This document shows positions 49,157 through 58,691 of a DNA stretch of 61,416 bases, piece after piece; the first letter of the stretch is position 1, and each line of letters starts with the position of its first letter. The stretch comes from an uncultured Pseudomonadales bacterium (GTDB lineage: Bacteria > Patescibacteriota > Microgenomatia > UBA1400 > PJMF01). The notes below the pieces were generated by a model. That model had not been told where the DNA came from, ran no database searches, and worked only from the letters and a program-made list of their open reading frames with translations. The position numbers and the translations under genes were made by a program. Location of the stretch: positions 1-61,416 of the forward strand of contig CAZBEW010000004.1 of NCBI GenBank assembly GCA_964491115.1, written 5' to 3'.

Positions 49157-49801
49157 CTAAGGTGATACATGATCATCTTGAGTATACTCGTCACCGTTTT
49201 CATTTCTACCCGTAAGTTTATATTTAGTAACTTCTGTAGAATTAGGATTCCTTTTAACACCCTGTTTTATATCATCAAGTTCTGAAGAAGCTAAATCTGC
49301 TAAAACGTCTGGTGGAGTAGAAGGATTATTCGCAGCAATTAATTGTGACCAAGCATTGTAACTTCTACCAGCACTTTCTAACAGTTCAGAAGGGGTATTC
49401 GGATTACACAGGGCAAGTGTTCTTACAATTGGATTCTCATCTCCAACTAATAACTCAAGTGCAAACTGATCTTGAGTATTAGCTGCCTCCTGCCTTTTTT
49501 TATCTACACTCCATTGGCGCATGTTTCTTGCTGTACTTTCAATTGCTCGATCAAGTTCTGATAATAAGTTGTCTGTATCCTCAATAATCCTTTCGGTATG
49601 AGTATCAACTGAAAAATCGCCTTGTTCTTTTCTAGAAGCTAGAGCACTTGAGTTTTCCTCATGAGGTAACTGACTTAGTAGAGAATCAATTTCCGCAAGA
49701 CTCAATGATCCCTGCCTCTCATTAGAACCTGATGTTTTAGACAGAGGCTCTCTGCCGTTATCAGAAATAGTTGCTTCGGTGGGTTGTTGAATTTCGCTCA
49801 T
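49157..49801 (-). CDS. Hypothetical protein with LRV/HEAT-like NPxTP repeats
   Basis: ALCNPNTPSELLE, AANNPSTPPDVLADLA, VKRNPNS at about 24-26 aa spacing. Confidence 0.6.
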   Translation of the reverse strand: MSEIQQPTEATISDNGREPLSKTSGSNERQGSLSLAEIDSLLSQLPHEENSSALASRKEQGDFSVDTHTERIIEDTDNLLSELDRAIESTARNMRQWSVDKKRQEAANTQDQFALELLVGDENPIVRTLALCNPNTPSELLESAGRSYNAWSQLIAANNPSTPPDVLADLASSELDDIKQGVKRNPNSTEVTKYKLTGRNENGDEYTQDDHVSP

Positions 49802-49834
49802 ATCAAATAGTCTCTACATATAGAATAACATTTT

Positions 49835-52800
49835 CTAGTCAAAAGTATCATCAATTTGCTGTTCAATTTTGTCAAAAAATCTTTGAGAAAGCTGTTCTGC
49901 TCTAGGTACAGGAATAGCGTTTGGTCCAAAATGTTCATGTATGGTATCGGCTCCACTTTGTAGTCCTATTCCAGTAATAACCATGTCTCTTCTAAAATTA
50001 TTAATTACCCCAGGAATAGATCCCTCACATACCATACCGTCGGTTAGAAAGAATACAAAATTATAAGAATGAGTAAACTGATCTGCATAATTTTGAAGAC
50101 TTTGGCATGCGGCAGTGAGAATCAACTCATCATTTTGGTTGCAAATAGATGCATCCAGCAATACAACTTTAGCCAAATCCTCCCCTGATATGTCCTGATC
50201 AAATGTCTTAAGAAACCTGTAACCACCTTCTGTAAAAATTAAAACTTCAAACGGTATATCAAGTCTTTTAGTTAATTCAACAAGACCAACTGCCAACTTT
50301 TTTTCAGCTTGAATAACTCCACCTGCGGTTGATCCTGTGTTATCTAAAATAATACTCCAGCAAAATGTTGGTTTTTCTGGATTAAGCTTTCGTTCAAACG
50401 AATTCGGTCTAAGTACAGTTTTACCCTCAAGTGTGCCTAATATATTGCGCTGCCATGCGTTCTGCAATCTTGAACCATGTAATTGATCTTTGGTCACTTG
50501 ATATTCTTGATCAAGATTGAATCTTTCAGTAAAAAAGTCAGTAGCTTCATCAATAAATTCATGAACATCTTCCATATATTCCACATATGTGTCCAAAGCT
50601 TCACCGTCAAGTCCACTGAGCTCTTGGTAATAACTCCTCAAATCGTTCTCTTGAGACTGTTTCACCTTTTCTAATTCTGCAATTTGTGCCCGTTGAGACA
50701 AAATAAGCCGATCTTTTTGCTGCTGAATTAGTTGTTGTGCTACTTCTTCATCAGTTTTTTTGAGACCAAAGTTTCCCTCTTCATTCCGTTCACCAAATTT
50801 ACTACCCAAAGTGTCATTAAGCTCATTTAGTTCATCAAGCATCCTATTACGTCTTGAATATTGAACTCCCTGACCTTCGTTCTGACCGACTCCGCCAGGT
50901 TGTTCTTGTGTACCTGCCTGGATATCTTGTCCTGGTTGAAGATTTCCTTCAGCCATTTGACTTAATTGATCACTCTGGCTGTCTGCCAAAGAGTCTTGTT
51001 GAATTTGTGATTGCCCGTTAGGTTGATCGGAAGTTTGGTTAGACTGACCCATTCTATCGCTAGACTGATCCTTGCTGCCGTTATCAGCGCTTTGTTCTGC
51101 CATCATACCAGCTTCAGTGCTTTGACCACTTTGTTGGTCCAAGTTGCCATTCTCTGAATGTTGACCTTCTGGCTGGTCACCGTCTTGTCGATCTTGGTTT
51201 TCTTGTGCTGATTCTCCCTCAAGTTGTCCTTGATTATCTGGTAGCTCAATTTTTGATGCCTCCCACAAATAGTAGAAGTTTTTAGGGTCATGTTGCCCGA
51301 ATTGATTCAAACGATCGAGATAGATTTGTTCAGCAAATGGAGCACGATCTGTTGCATTCCAGATTACTGGCATACTCCTACGATAAAATTCGCCCCATTC
51401 AATAGCTCCTGGCGGCACGGGGATAGACTTGCTTCCAGATCCTCCTCTATACCAAAACCTACCAATGGGCTTTGGAAGATTAAAATTAACTAAAAATGAA
51501 TCTTGGTTAAGAAGGGAATCGATTCCCAAACCATCCTGCCTTCCTAAGAACTCTGTAGCAGCTTGTTGGCTGTAAATGGAGAATGAAGGCAAATCATACC
51601 CGTGATCCTTCATCTGTCCAATAATCTTATCGGTGAAATTGGGGTTATATTGCTGATATGCATTCATAAGCAATCTCATTACTGATCGATACGTTTTTGA
51701 TGTGTTTTTAGCAAATTCCCTGACATTTTCTAGCGTCTCTAGTTGTTCAGGTGTAAGCTTACTTTCATCAATTCCAAACTCCGTAATGTTGTAAGTCATA
51801 GGCTCTTCATCTTCTTCTGCCACTGCTTTTTCAAGATCTGCTTCGGAAAATTGGTTTGCCACTTCCTGTAGTTGTTCAAGCTCTTCTTTCAGGTTTTGAA
51901 GTTCATTCTTGACTTGTTCACCATCTGTTTTTTGTTGCAGTGTTTCTTGCATCTGCTCTTGCATTTGACTAGCCTGTTGAGCAATCTCCTGCATTGAAGA
52001 TAATTTTTGTTCTTTTGGACTGGCGGGGCGTGCTTGTGCTTTTTCGAGTCGTTTTTGAATTTCTGTAAGTCGATCATTTAACGCTTCAGCTAGCAGGTTT
52101 TCTGCTTGGATTCTTTCAATACGTTCTTGAGGACTTATTTCTTCGCCATGTTTCACACTACTTTGTTCAACATTAGTGTCTGAATCTTGGAGAGTACGGT
52201 TCATTGCTTCGAGTTCTTCAGGTGATATTAGAGAAACAAGTTGGGGAAAAATCCCATCCTTAATCGTACTAGCTTTTCTTCTAGGATTACTTGTTTTTAC
52301 AGCATCATTAATTTGATCTCTTAATTCTGGCGTAATCGCTTCTTTTACTTTCAGACTAGACTTAGTAAGTGCCTCCTCTACGATTTCTGAAGCAATGATT
52401 CCTATCCTCGAGAGTCCTTCCAAAAAGGTAATATCGATTGCTTGTCTAAATGGGGAGCGATCGCCAATTGATGCTACCATCTCTCTCACATTTATCTCGG
52501 TTTCATAAAGCGCACGAAAGTTATCTTGAGGAGTAGAACTATGACTGTTCTTCATCTCTAAATAATCAACTGATGGGCTGTGAATTGCTTGAGCTAAGGC
52601 CGTTGCAATTTGTGGTGGTAAATCCTGATCTTTTGCCCAGCTACTTAATTCGGACAGGTATCTTTCAAACGGATAATTGAGGTTGCCTATTTCGTGCCGT
52701 AAACGGGCATTAACAACTCGCAGGTCAGTTTTTGCTAAATAACCCTCAGGATAGGTAATAACATTGGGAACACCATATACATTGTCTTGAGTCATGCCCA

Positions 52801-52984
52801 CCGACCACTCGTCTCCGGCAACGGCGTGAAGCTGAATTTTTCCACGCAAACCTCTATCTTCAATCTCCTGAGTAAATCCATGAGCAAGAATTGGAATTAA
52901 TTCGTCAACTTGGCGAGTTAAGTCGGTTAAATCTCTTTCAGGTTTTTTGGCTTCTTCTACACGTGCTGTCTGAATTTCTGTCAT
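49835..52984 (-). CDS. Large vWA-domain protein (CobT-like architecture)
   Basis: C-terminal IILDNTGST (MIDAS-like) and FFLTDG; Q/S/D-rich linker; coiled coil; N-terminal RHEIGN. Confidence 0.8.
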   Translation of the reverse strand: MTEIQTARVEEAKKPERDLTDLTRQVDELIPILAHGFTQEIEDRGLRGKIQLHAVAGDEWSVGMTQDNVYGVPNVITYPEGYLAKTDLRVVNARLRHEIGNLNYPFERYLSELSSWAKDQDLPPQIATALAQAIHSPSVDYLEMKNSHSSTPQDNFRALYETEINVREMVASIGDRSPFRQAIDITFLEGLSRIGIIASEIVEEALTKSSLKVKEAITPELRDQINDAVKTSNPRRKASTIKDGIFPQLVSLISPEELEAMNRTLQDSDTNVEQSSVKHGEEISPQERIERIQAENLLAEALNDRLTEIQKRLEKAQARPASPKEQKLSSMQEIAQQASQMQEQMQETLQQKTDGEQVKNELQNLKEELEQLQEVANQFSEADLEKAVAEEDEEPMTYNITEFGIDESKLTPEQLETLENVREFAKNTSKTYRSVMRLLMNAYQQYNPNFTDKIIGQMKDHGYDLPSFSIYSQQAATEFLGRQDGLGIDSLLNQDSFLVNFNLPKPIGRFWYRGGSGSKSIPVPPGAIEWGEFYRRSMPVIWNATDRAPFAEQIYLDRLNQFGQHDPKNFYYLWEASKIELPDNQGQLEGESAQENQDRQDGDQPEGQHSENGNLDQQSGQSTEAGMMAEQSADNGSKDQSSDRMGQSNQTSDQPNGQSQIQQDSLADSQSDQLSQMAEGNLQPGQDIQAGTQEQPGGVGQNEGQGVQYSRRNRMLDELNELNDTLGSKFGERNEEGNFGLKKTDEEVAQQLIQQQKDRLILSQRAQIAELEKVKQSQENDLRSYYQELSGLDGEALDTYVEYMEDVHEFIDEATDFFTERFNLDQEYQVTKDQLHGSRLQNAWQRNILGTLEGKTVLRPNSFERKLNPEKPTFCWSIILDNTGSTAGGVIQAEKKLAVGLVELTKRLDIPFEVLIFTEGGYRFLKTFDQDISGEDLAKVVLLDASICNQNDELILTAACQSLQNYADQFTHSYNFVFFLTDGMVCEGSIPGVINNFRRDMVITGIGLQSGADTIHEHFGPNAIPVPRAEQLSQRFFDKIEQQIDDTFD

Positions 52985-53006
52985 ACATATAAGTTGCTTT
53001 AACTAT

Positions 53007-54974
53007 TTATACCCTAATTTGTTCGGCCAATATGGTATTTAGTGCCTGGGTATCTATCTGACCTTTTTTGTAAGTTAATGTATGTGGAAGGTAGGTTAAT
53101 GCAATAGAGTACGCTGCAGCATTCCAGCCAGCTTTATAATTTGGCATTGAACGTAAATCGGCAGCCCACAAGTGATTCTCAGAGTAGAATTTAGCCGCTT
53201 CAATGGAACCTCTTAGGGAAATATCACGCTCCATACGAACGTCGCCAGTCCTTGTTTTCTTGGCGCGTACTGTTTCTCTAGTCTTATTGGCAATAAAAAT
53301 AATACTCTTAAGGTCTTGAATGACACGAACTAGTTCAGGATCAACAATTATGTCACTACGTTCATTGTTAACCACTTTATGCCACATCTTGATAAACTCA
53401 TCATCGGGTATATCTACAAGAGGAGTTATCTGCGCCTTTAATATCAACGCTTCGTCATGAGTGAATCGTTCATTACCAGTGTATGGATCTTTCTCCCTAA
53501 GTGGAGGATATCCAATTTGCATTGCGTTACTTCTATCATCAATTGTCTCTGGCAAGTTTTGAACACCTTCATAATCTGCAGGATTCATAAGTCCAACAAT
53601 TGCCACGCCAGGAGCAGACTCAATTACTTCATTGTTTAAGAAAATAGCCCTGTCATGATCAAGTAGAGAATTAAAGAATTTTGACACTGCTGGATTTAGT
53701 AGGTTTACTTCATCAAACTCTAATAGTGAATTGGGAGTTGTAATAGCTGTAATAATTCTTGAAGGTATTTTTACTACTTCACCATCTTTTAAAATTATGT
53801 CATACGTCAAATCATATTCAGTCTTATCTGGAGAGCATGCATATCTAAACAGTGGTCGCTGTGATAGAGCAGCGTAATGCTCAGTAAGCTGATTCTTGCC
53901 AGTACCTCTTGGGCCAACAATTACAGTCATTCCTTTTGCTTTGAGCTTTGTCCACTCAGGGGATTGACCTGTTTCAACAAGCCTTTCTAATTCTCGATTA
54001 TTTCCCAATCCTATCTGACGATTAACCAATTGAGCAAACCAAGCCATACGCTCCTCAAAGTATGGAGTCATCTTGAAGTGGGGGTCAATCTTAGGTATAT
54101 GACCATTACCATCAACATCCATTTCTTGTAAAAACGTACGTGTGGAAATAATCTCAGCAACTCTTTGACCAAACCCTTCCAAATCATCAACTTTGTGTTT
54201 ACTAACATCTACAATTCCCTCAAGATTACCTAATGCTAATTGACCAATTTGATTTGCTAATTGGGTGGCTCGCTGGTCGTATTCGGCTAAATCGGGGTTT
54301 AGCTGTTCATATTCAGTCTGTAAGCGAGATAACTCCCCAATCACTTCGTTAAAAGCTCTTAACTCACTTGAGCCTTCTAAGACGTTATCAATGGCTGGGA
54401 GACGCTCGCCCTGTCGTTCTCCCCAAGTGATCACATCACCAGGGCCAATTGTGTCTGGTAAACCATACTGCCTTTTCTTTTCGAAGAAAACATCTGACCA
54501 CTTTCTTCCACCATCAACATATAATTTCCCAGCGATAGCTTCCCATTCAGATTTATCTCTTGGTGGTTGGCAAACGGGAATCTTGGCTGCTCCAACTGTA
54601 ATATAGGGTAATCTATCAGCATTAGATATTTCTCCAGAACCTTCTTCATTAATGACTTCTTGTAAAACATCTGGACCACCAGCTCTTTCTACTTCATCTC
54701 TTAATCTTTCAAGCTCCTCTTTTATAAGACCCATTTGATTCTCTAGGGTGGTTATAAAATCAGCCTTGCTTCTCCCGTCTGTTGAAGTCCATGTGTCAGA
54801 AAGCTTGCGGGCTCTGGTTAAGCCTTCAGATAATTTAGTGTATTTACTTTGAAGCAAATCAAAAGGAGACTGCGCTATTTCCGCATCTTCACCCTCAATT
54901 TTAGGCACAGGAACAACTTGTTCAGTTAGTTCTGATACTTTTGGCTCACTATAGATTCCAGTTATTTCAGACAT
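53007..54974 (-). CDS. MoxR/AAA_5-type AAA+ ATPase with long N-terminal extension
   Basis: Walker A GPRGTGKN (53892-53915), Walker B LLEFDEVN, sensor I GLMNP, IDDRS, lid ISLRG. Confidence 0.88.
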   Translation of the reverse strand: MSEITGIYSEPKVSELTEQVVPVPKIEGEDAEIAQSPFDLLQSKYTKLSEGLTRARKLSDTWTSTDGRSKADFITTLENQMGLIKEELERLRDEVERAGGPDVLQEVINEEGSGEISNADRLPYITVGAAKIPVCQPPRDKSEWEAIAGKLYVDGGRKWSDVFFEKKRQYGLPDTIGPGDVITWGERQGERLPAIDNVLEGSSELRAFNEVIGELSRLQTEYEQLNPDLAEYDQRATQLANQIGQLALGNLEGIVDVSKHKVDDLEGFGQRVAEIISTRTFLQEMDVDGNGHIPKIDPHFKMTPYFEERMAWFAQLVNRQIGLGNNRELERLVETGQSPEWTKLKAKGMTVIVGPRGTGKNQLTEHYAALSQRPLFRYACSPDKTEYDLTYDIILKDGEVVKIPSRIITAITTPNSLLEFDEVNLLNPAVSKFFNSLLDHDRAIFLNNEVIESAPGVAIVGLMNPADYEGVQNLPETIDDRSNAMQIGYPPLREKDPYTGNERFTHDEALILKAQITPLVDIPDDEFIKMWHKVVNNERSDIIVDPELVRVIQDLKSIIFIANKTRETVRAKKTRTGDVRMERDISLRGSIEAAKFYSENHLWAADLRSMPNYKAGWNAAAYSIALTYLPHTLTYKKGQIDTQALNTILAEQIRV

Positions 54975-54980
54975 ATAAGT

Positions 54981-55385
54981 TTATGTTTGCTCAACAACTC
55001 TTTTTAATTCTTGTAAAAAATTTTCTACCATCTCTGATGCCTTATCTGAGTAATGCACAATAAGCACTTTATCTTGAGGCACAACTCTCAGATGACCCTC
55101 ATATCCAGGCACACCAAACAACCATCTCCCTAAAGTGTCAACTCTGATTATTTCACCGTTCTTATCGACCCCATATCCATCGCTCTGTATTTCCGTCTGA
55201 TAGGAAGGTAACTTTCTGGCTTTTTCATGAAGATAAATGCTGGCTGTCACACCTAGCGACTTTGGAGCCTGAATCGCAAGTGTTTTGTTTAGCGGTTGTA
55301 GCTTCATAGGGAAGTATATTTTTTCCATAGTGTTCTCACAGAAATTATCTCTTTCCATTATTACTATTTCTTTGCATAAAAACAA
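54981..55385 (-). CDS. Small hypothetical protein in the MoxR-vWA operon
   Basis: Fills the gap between the 1012-aa gene and the ATPase; stop 6 nt before the ATPase ATG. Start uncertain (55385, 55358 or 55328). Confidence 0.65.
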   Translation of the reverse strand: MFLCKEIVIMERDNFCENTMEKIYFPMKLQPLNKTLAIQAPKSLGVTASIYLHEKARKLPSYQTEIQSDGYGVDKNGEIIRVDTLGRWLFGVPGYEGHLRVVPQDKVLIVHYSDKASEMVENFLQELKRVVEQT

Positions 55386-55454
55386 GGTTAAAACACTACA
55401 AACAATAGGTAGGAAAGTTTGGTGTAAATATTGAAGACTTGCTCAAAAAATAAG

Positions 55455-58400
55455 TTATTTATCAATCTCTGATATTAGTGATGACAGTAGAAAAGGATAT
55501 TGAATGATTTCTTCAACGCTAAACCCAGCCCCAACAACCTGTTCTGCTAATTTTTCACCATTTTTGTGTCTGGCCATAATTGAAATAATTTCTGGTTTTT
55601 CTGGAATGCCTAATCGCTGAAGAGTGTTATTACTTACAACATTAAGAGCATCATACAAACTAACATCGTTCTCGACTAAATACAGTGTGGTGTCAAATCC
55701 AAAACGTTCAATTGCTCTTGTTACTCTGTAAGTGTCATTTTTTGCCAACATGCTCAATTGCTCGAATGTGTAGCTAATCGACTTGCCTTCAAGTGTTTTT
55801 CTAACATCTGTGGCACTGCTTAAGCGGACACCATTACCAATAAACCTTTCAATTTCATCCATTGAAAATACTTTCAAAGCTGTGGACAATTCGTATCCTT
55901 GGGTGTTAACCGCAATTTGAACAGTTTCTTTGAAGTCCTTCTTAACTTGATGTTCAATCAAAACTGAGTTGATTTCAGAATAATGACTGTAAGTAACCCC
56001 ATTCCTTAATAAATCTTTTGCCCGATCTAAAGATAGGTGACGCAAAGCATCTGAAAAATTCTCTATGTCCATATCATGATTTATATAGCCAGCAATACTA
56101 ATGACCTCAGAAATTGGTAGGTTGTGACCATACCCTTTTGCGATATCTGCTACTTGAACAGCATATTCTAAAGCTGAGTCAGAGGAAATTAATGACTTAG
56201 TATCATCCAATCCAAATCTGTCTAGTGATTTGCTCAACCATTTACTCAAATCATCATCTCTATAATCTTTAACCTGTCCTGCTAACTCTTGAAGAGCAAC
56301 AGTGGTCAACTCATGTCCATGCTCCCTCATTGTCCGCTTCACTGCAGTAAGAACATATAAATTAAGTCCTTTATCCAAAGATTCTTGAATTTCGCCTATT
56401 GAAAACTCCTTAAGTGCTTTGTGAAGACCTTGATGTCTTTTACCAGCAATGTCTTTAATTACATCTAAGGGAACTTCAACTCCGTTTTGTTTGAGCATTG
56501 ACCCAACCCTGACTAACTTCTGAAGTAGTTCGTGTCCGTATTTTTCTTGTTTTGCTTGTTCGACAATTCTTCTCATCCTGTCAAAATGAACTCTATTTAT
56601 TTCTGTATTACCAAGAAGAATATCAATAATTGACATGGCAATAACGGTTTCTTGGCTTACTCCTCTCTGTAATGCCTTGTGAGCCCTGTTAATAGTCCCT
56701 AGTGGGGTATAATTAATCCAGTCGATAACGCCCTCTAAAGATTGTCCAGTTGAATGGCCGTATTGATCTTTTTCTGATTGAAAAGCAAAGTGTAGGTCAA
56801 CAGCCTTTTGTGCTAGGCTTTTGTGTCTCTCATGTTTTTCTTTAAGAACTTCTTGTTTAGCTTTCAATTCTTCTATTAACTGTTCTGGTGTTCTTGTTCT
56901 CAATCGGTGAGTTTCAGCAAGGTAATTTTCAGAAAGGGTTCTCTCTATCATTTGATGTTGAGCTGTAAGGCTCTCTAACTGTAGGGTTCTTTCTTCTTCG
57001 GGTAATTCTAGACTAAGAATATTTGCTTTCCTTCTTTCAAATCTAGCTATTAGAGCATCTTGTTTTCTTTGAAATTGTTTTTCAGAAAGAGTCAGCTCTT
57101 TCGCAGTATGACTAAGTACCCACTCGTCTCGTTCGGTTTGTTCAGAAGGTAGGTGTTCAAGTTGCCAGTGAATTTTCCGAAGTTCTCTACCATACTGATC
57201 GTCACCTGCTTTTCCTATAAACCGTCCAATATTATGTAAATCTACCCCTCGAATTTTTTGTCTCATTCCGCGCAGCTGCCTTTGAACTGGCTCACCGAGA
57301 CGAGCCCATGCTATAGATTCTCGTAGCCCTTGTGCCTTATCACTAGACATGCTTGAGTATGGGGAACCCTGAGAACGTCCTGTGTTGTTATACTCCATGG
57401 CCTTCGTATACCACTTTGCAGCCAGTAAAACCGCCTCATGCTCTAGCTTTTGAGGGTCTGTTTTAGCTAAATCTTCCATATCTTTTGACCGAGTTACCTC
57501 TCTGTAAGCAGCACGATATACCTCCCTGAGCACTGGGTAAGCCCCAATATTCTCACTTCCGTGATAAATCTCAGAGTGATAACCAAAAAGATTGGGCATA
57601 TGCTCTGTTGAAGCTTTATGCCCCTCATCACTAGAATTGTTTTGTTGATTTTTAACTCTACGCAAAGCAATATCGAATGCTGCTAATTCAGGAGTTCCTT
57701 TCATTTCTGCATACAAAATATTCCTACGCAAACCAGTGGCGATGTTTTCTGGATGAGCGTCTTCTGCTGAAATTGGCTCATCTACTTGAATATATTTACC
57801 TTTGTTATAATCCCATTGTTTATTTGTCCTAATAGCTTTTCCTTCAATAAAATCACGATAGAAATTAAGTTTTTTGGTTAAGTATCTAGTACCAGGCTCC
57901 TCAGAACTTAAAACTGCCAAAGCTGCATCCGCTATTGGCATCCCAGCCAGTAGCTTCAACCTTACTATTTTGTCCTCAGTCTCTAAGTATCTTTCTATAG
58001 ATTGTGGTTCCCTGGGACGATCATCAATGAATTCAAACAAATGACTATATTCTCGCTTTGCTCGATCAACATCCATAACTTCAGAATGTTCCAACTCTCC
58101 TGGTAAAGGTTGATCTCCATATTTGTAATCTATTAGTCCCTGGGTAAGTGCTTCCTGCAAAGTCAATTTTTGATGTCTCTCTCTAGTTTCCGCTGTTTGA
58201 GCTTTTTGTGCTCTTTGCTCCTCATGTTGTGGGTGTTGTCCTCGTCCTATATGTCTTTTTTCCCGCCCTGTAACATGCCCACTATGCTTAATAAAGTCAT
58301 GAGTAGTACGATGAGGTTCTTTGGGTTTTCCTGAAAGAACTGATTTCATTCTTTGCAAGAAGTGAGATAGTGGTGGGGTAGATTCATTCACTTTTTCTTG

Positions 58401-58493
58401 TTCAAGTTCTTGCAAAATATCATCAGTTTCAGGAGACTGCTGTCTTATCTGTTGCTCAAGTTGTGATTGGTTCGGTTCTGAAACTTCGGCCAT
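55455..58493 (-). CDS. Large hypothetical protein with C-terminal ~55-60 aa helical repeats
   Basis: 1012-aa ORF with acidic N-terminus, His-rich patch, coiled coil and about six tandem repeats at 55458-56520. Confidence 0.8.
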   Translation of the reverse strand: MAEVSEPNQSQLEQQIRQQSPETDDILQELEQEKVNESTPPLSHFLQRMKSVLSGKPKEPHRTTHDFIKHSGHVTGREKRHIGRGQHPQHEEQRAQKAQTAETRERHQKLTLQEALTQGLIDYKYGDQPLPGELEHSEVMDVDRAKREYSHLFEFIDDRPREPQSIERYLETEDKIVRLKLLAGMPIADAALAVLSSEEPGTRYLTKKLNFYRDFIEGKAIRTNKQWDYNKGKYIQVDEPISAEDAHPENIATGLRRNILYAEMKGTPELAAFDIALRRVKNQQNNSSDEGHKASTEHMPNLFGYHSEIYHGSENIGAYPVLREVYRAAYREVTRSKDMEDLAKTDPQKLEHEAVLLAAKWYTKAMEYNNTGRSQGSPYSSMSSDKAQGLRESIAWARLGEPVQRQLRGMRQKIRGVDLHNIGRFIGKAGDDQYGRELRKIHWQLEHLPSEQTERDEWVLSHTAKELTLSEKQFQRKQDALIARFERRKANILSLELPEEERTLQLESLTAQHQMIERTLSENYLAETHRLRTRTPEQLIEELKAKQEVLKEKHERHKSLAQKAVDLHFAFQSEKDQYGHSTGQSLEGVIDWINYTPLGTINRAHKALQRGVSQETVIAMSIIDILLGNTEINRVHFDRMRRIVEQAKQEKYGHELLQKLVRVGSMLKQNGVEVPLDVIKDIAGKRHQGLHKALKEFSIGEIQESLDKGLNLYVLTAVKRTMREHGHELTTVALQELAGQVKDYRDDDLSKWLSKSLDRFGLDDTKSLISSDSALEYAVQVADIAKGYGHNLPISEVISIAGYINHDMDIENFSDALRHLSLDRAKDLLRNGVTYSHYSEINSVLIEHQVKKDFKETVQIAVNTQGYELSTALKVFSMDEIERFIGNGVRLSSATDVRKTLEGKSISYTFEQLSMLAKNDTYRVTRAIERFGFDTTLYLVENDVSLYDALNVVSNNTLQRLGIPEKPEIISIMARHKNGEKLAEQVVGAGFSVEEIIQYPFLLSSLISEIDK

Positions 58494-58573
58494 ATTATTA
58501 GTATCTAATAAATCGGTATATTTTACAATTCGTTTTTATAGTAATGTTAAGACGACACACGTAACCATTCCTA

Positions 58574-58618
58574 AAAGCAGAAAACCCCATAAGTAATCAA
58601 GAGAAAATGAGCGGGTGA
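58574..58618. repeat. att-like repeat copy B
   Basis: Matches copy A; its last 23 nt match the tRNA-Gly 3' end and flank (59332-59354) at 21/23. Confidence 0.9.
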
Positions 58619-58691
58619 GAGGGGGAGTATATTAAAAAATATGAAAGTTTAGACTAAAAAAGAGGAATACAACAATTTCCTGCTCACTGTG

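Larger units (their letters stand above)
48950..58618 (-). mobile_element. Integrase-free genomic island downstream of tRNA-Gly(UCC)
   Basis: Bounded by 31-45 bp direct repeats carrying the tRNA 3' end; five co-oriented non-housekeeping genes; no recombinase encoded. Confidence 0.75.

Noticed and set aside
49072-54679. Short ORFs overlapping island genes (49072-49260, 50483-50674, 51103-51291, 51290-51493, 51889-52077, 53457-53639, 54265-54606, 54431-54679)
   Set aside because: Fully or largely nested in long ORFs, with no motifs or start signals.
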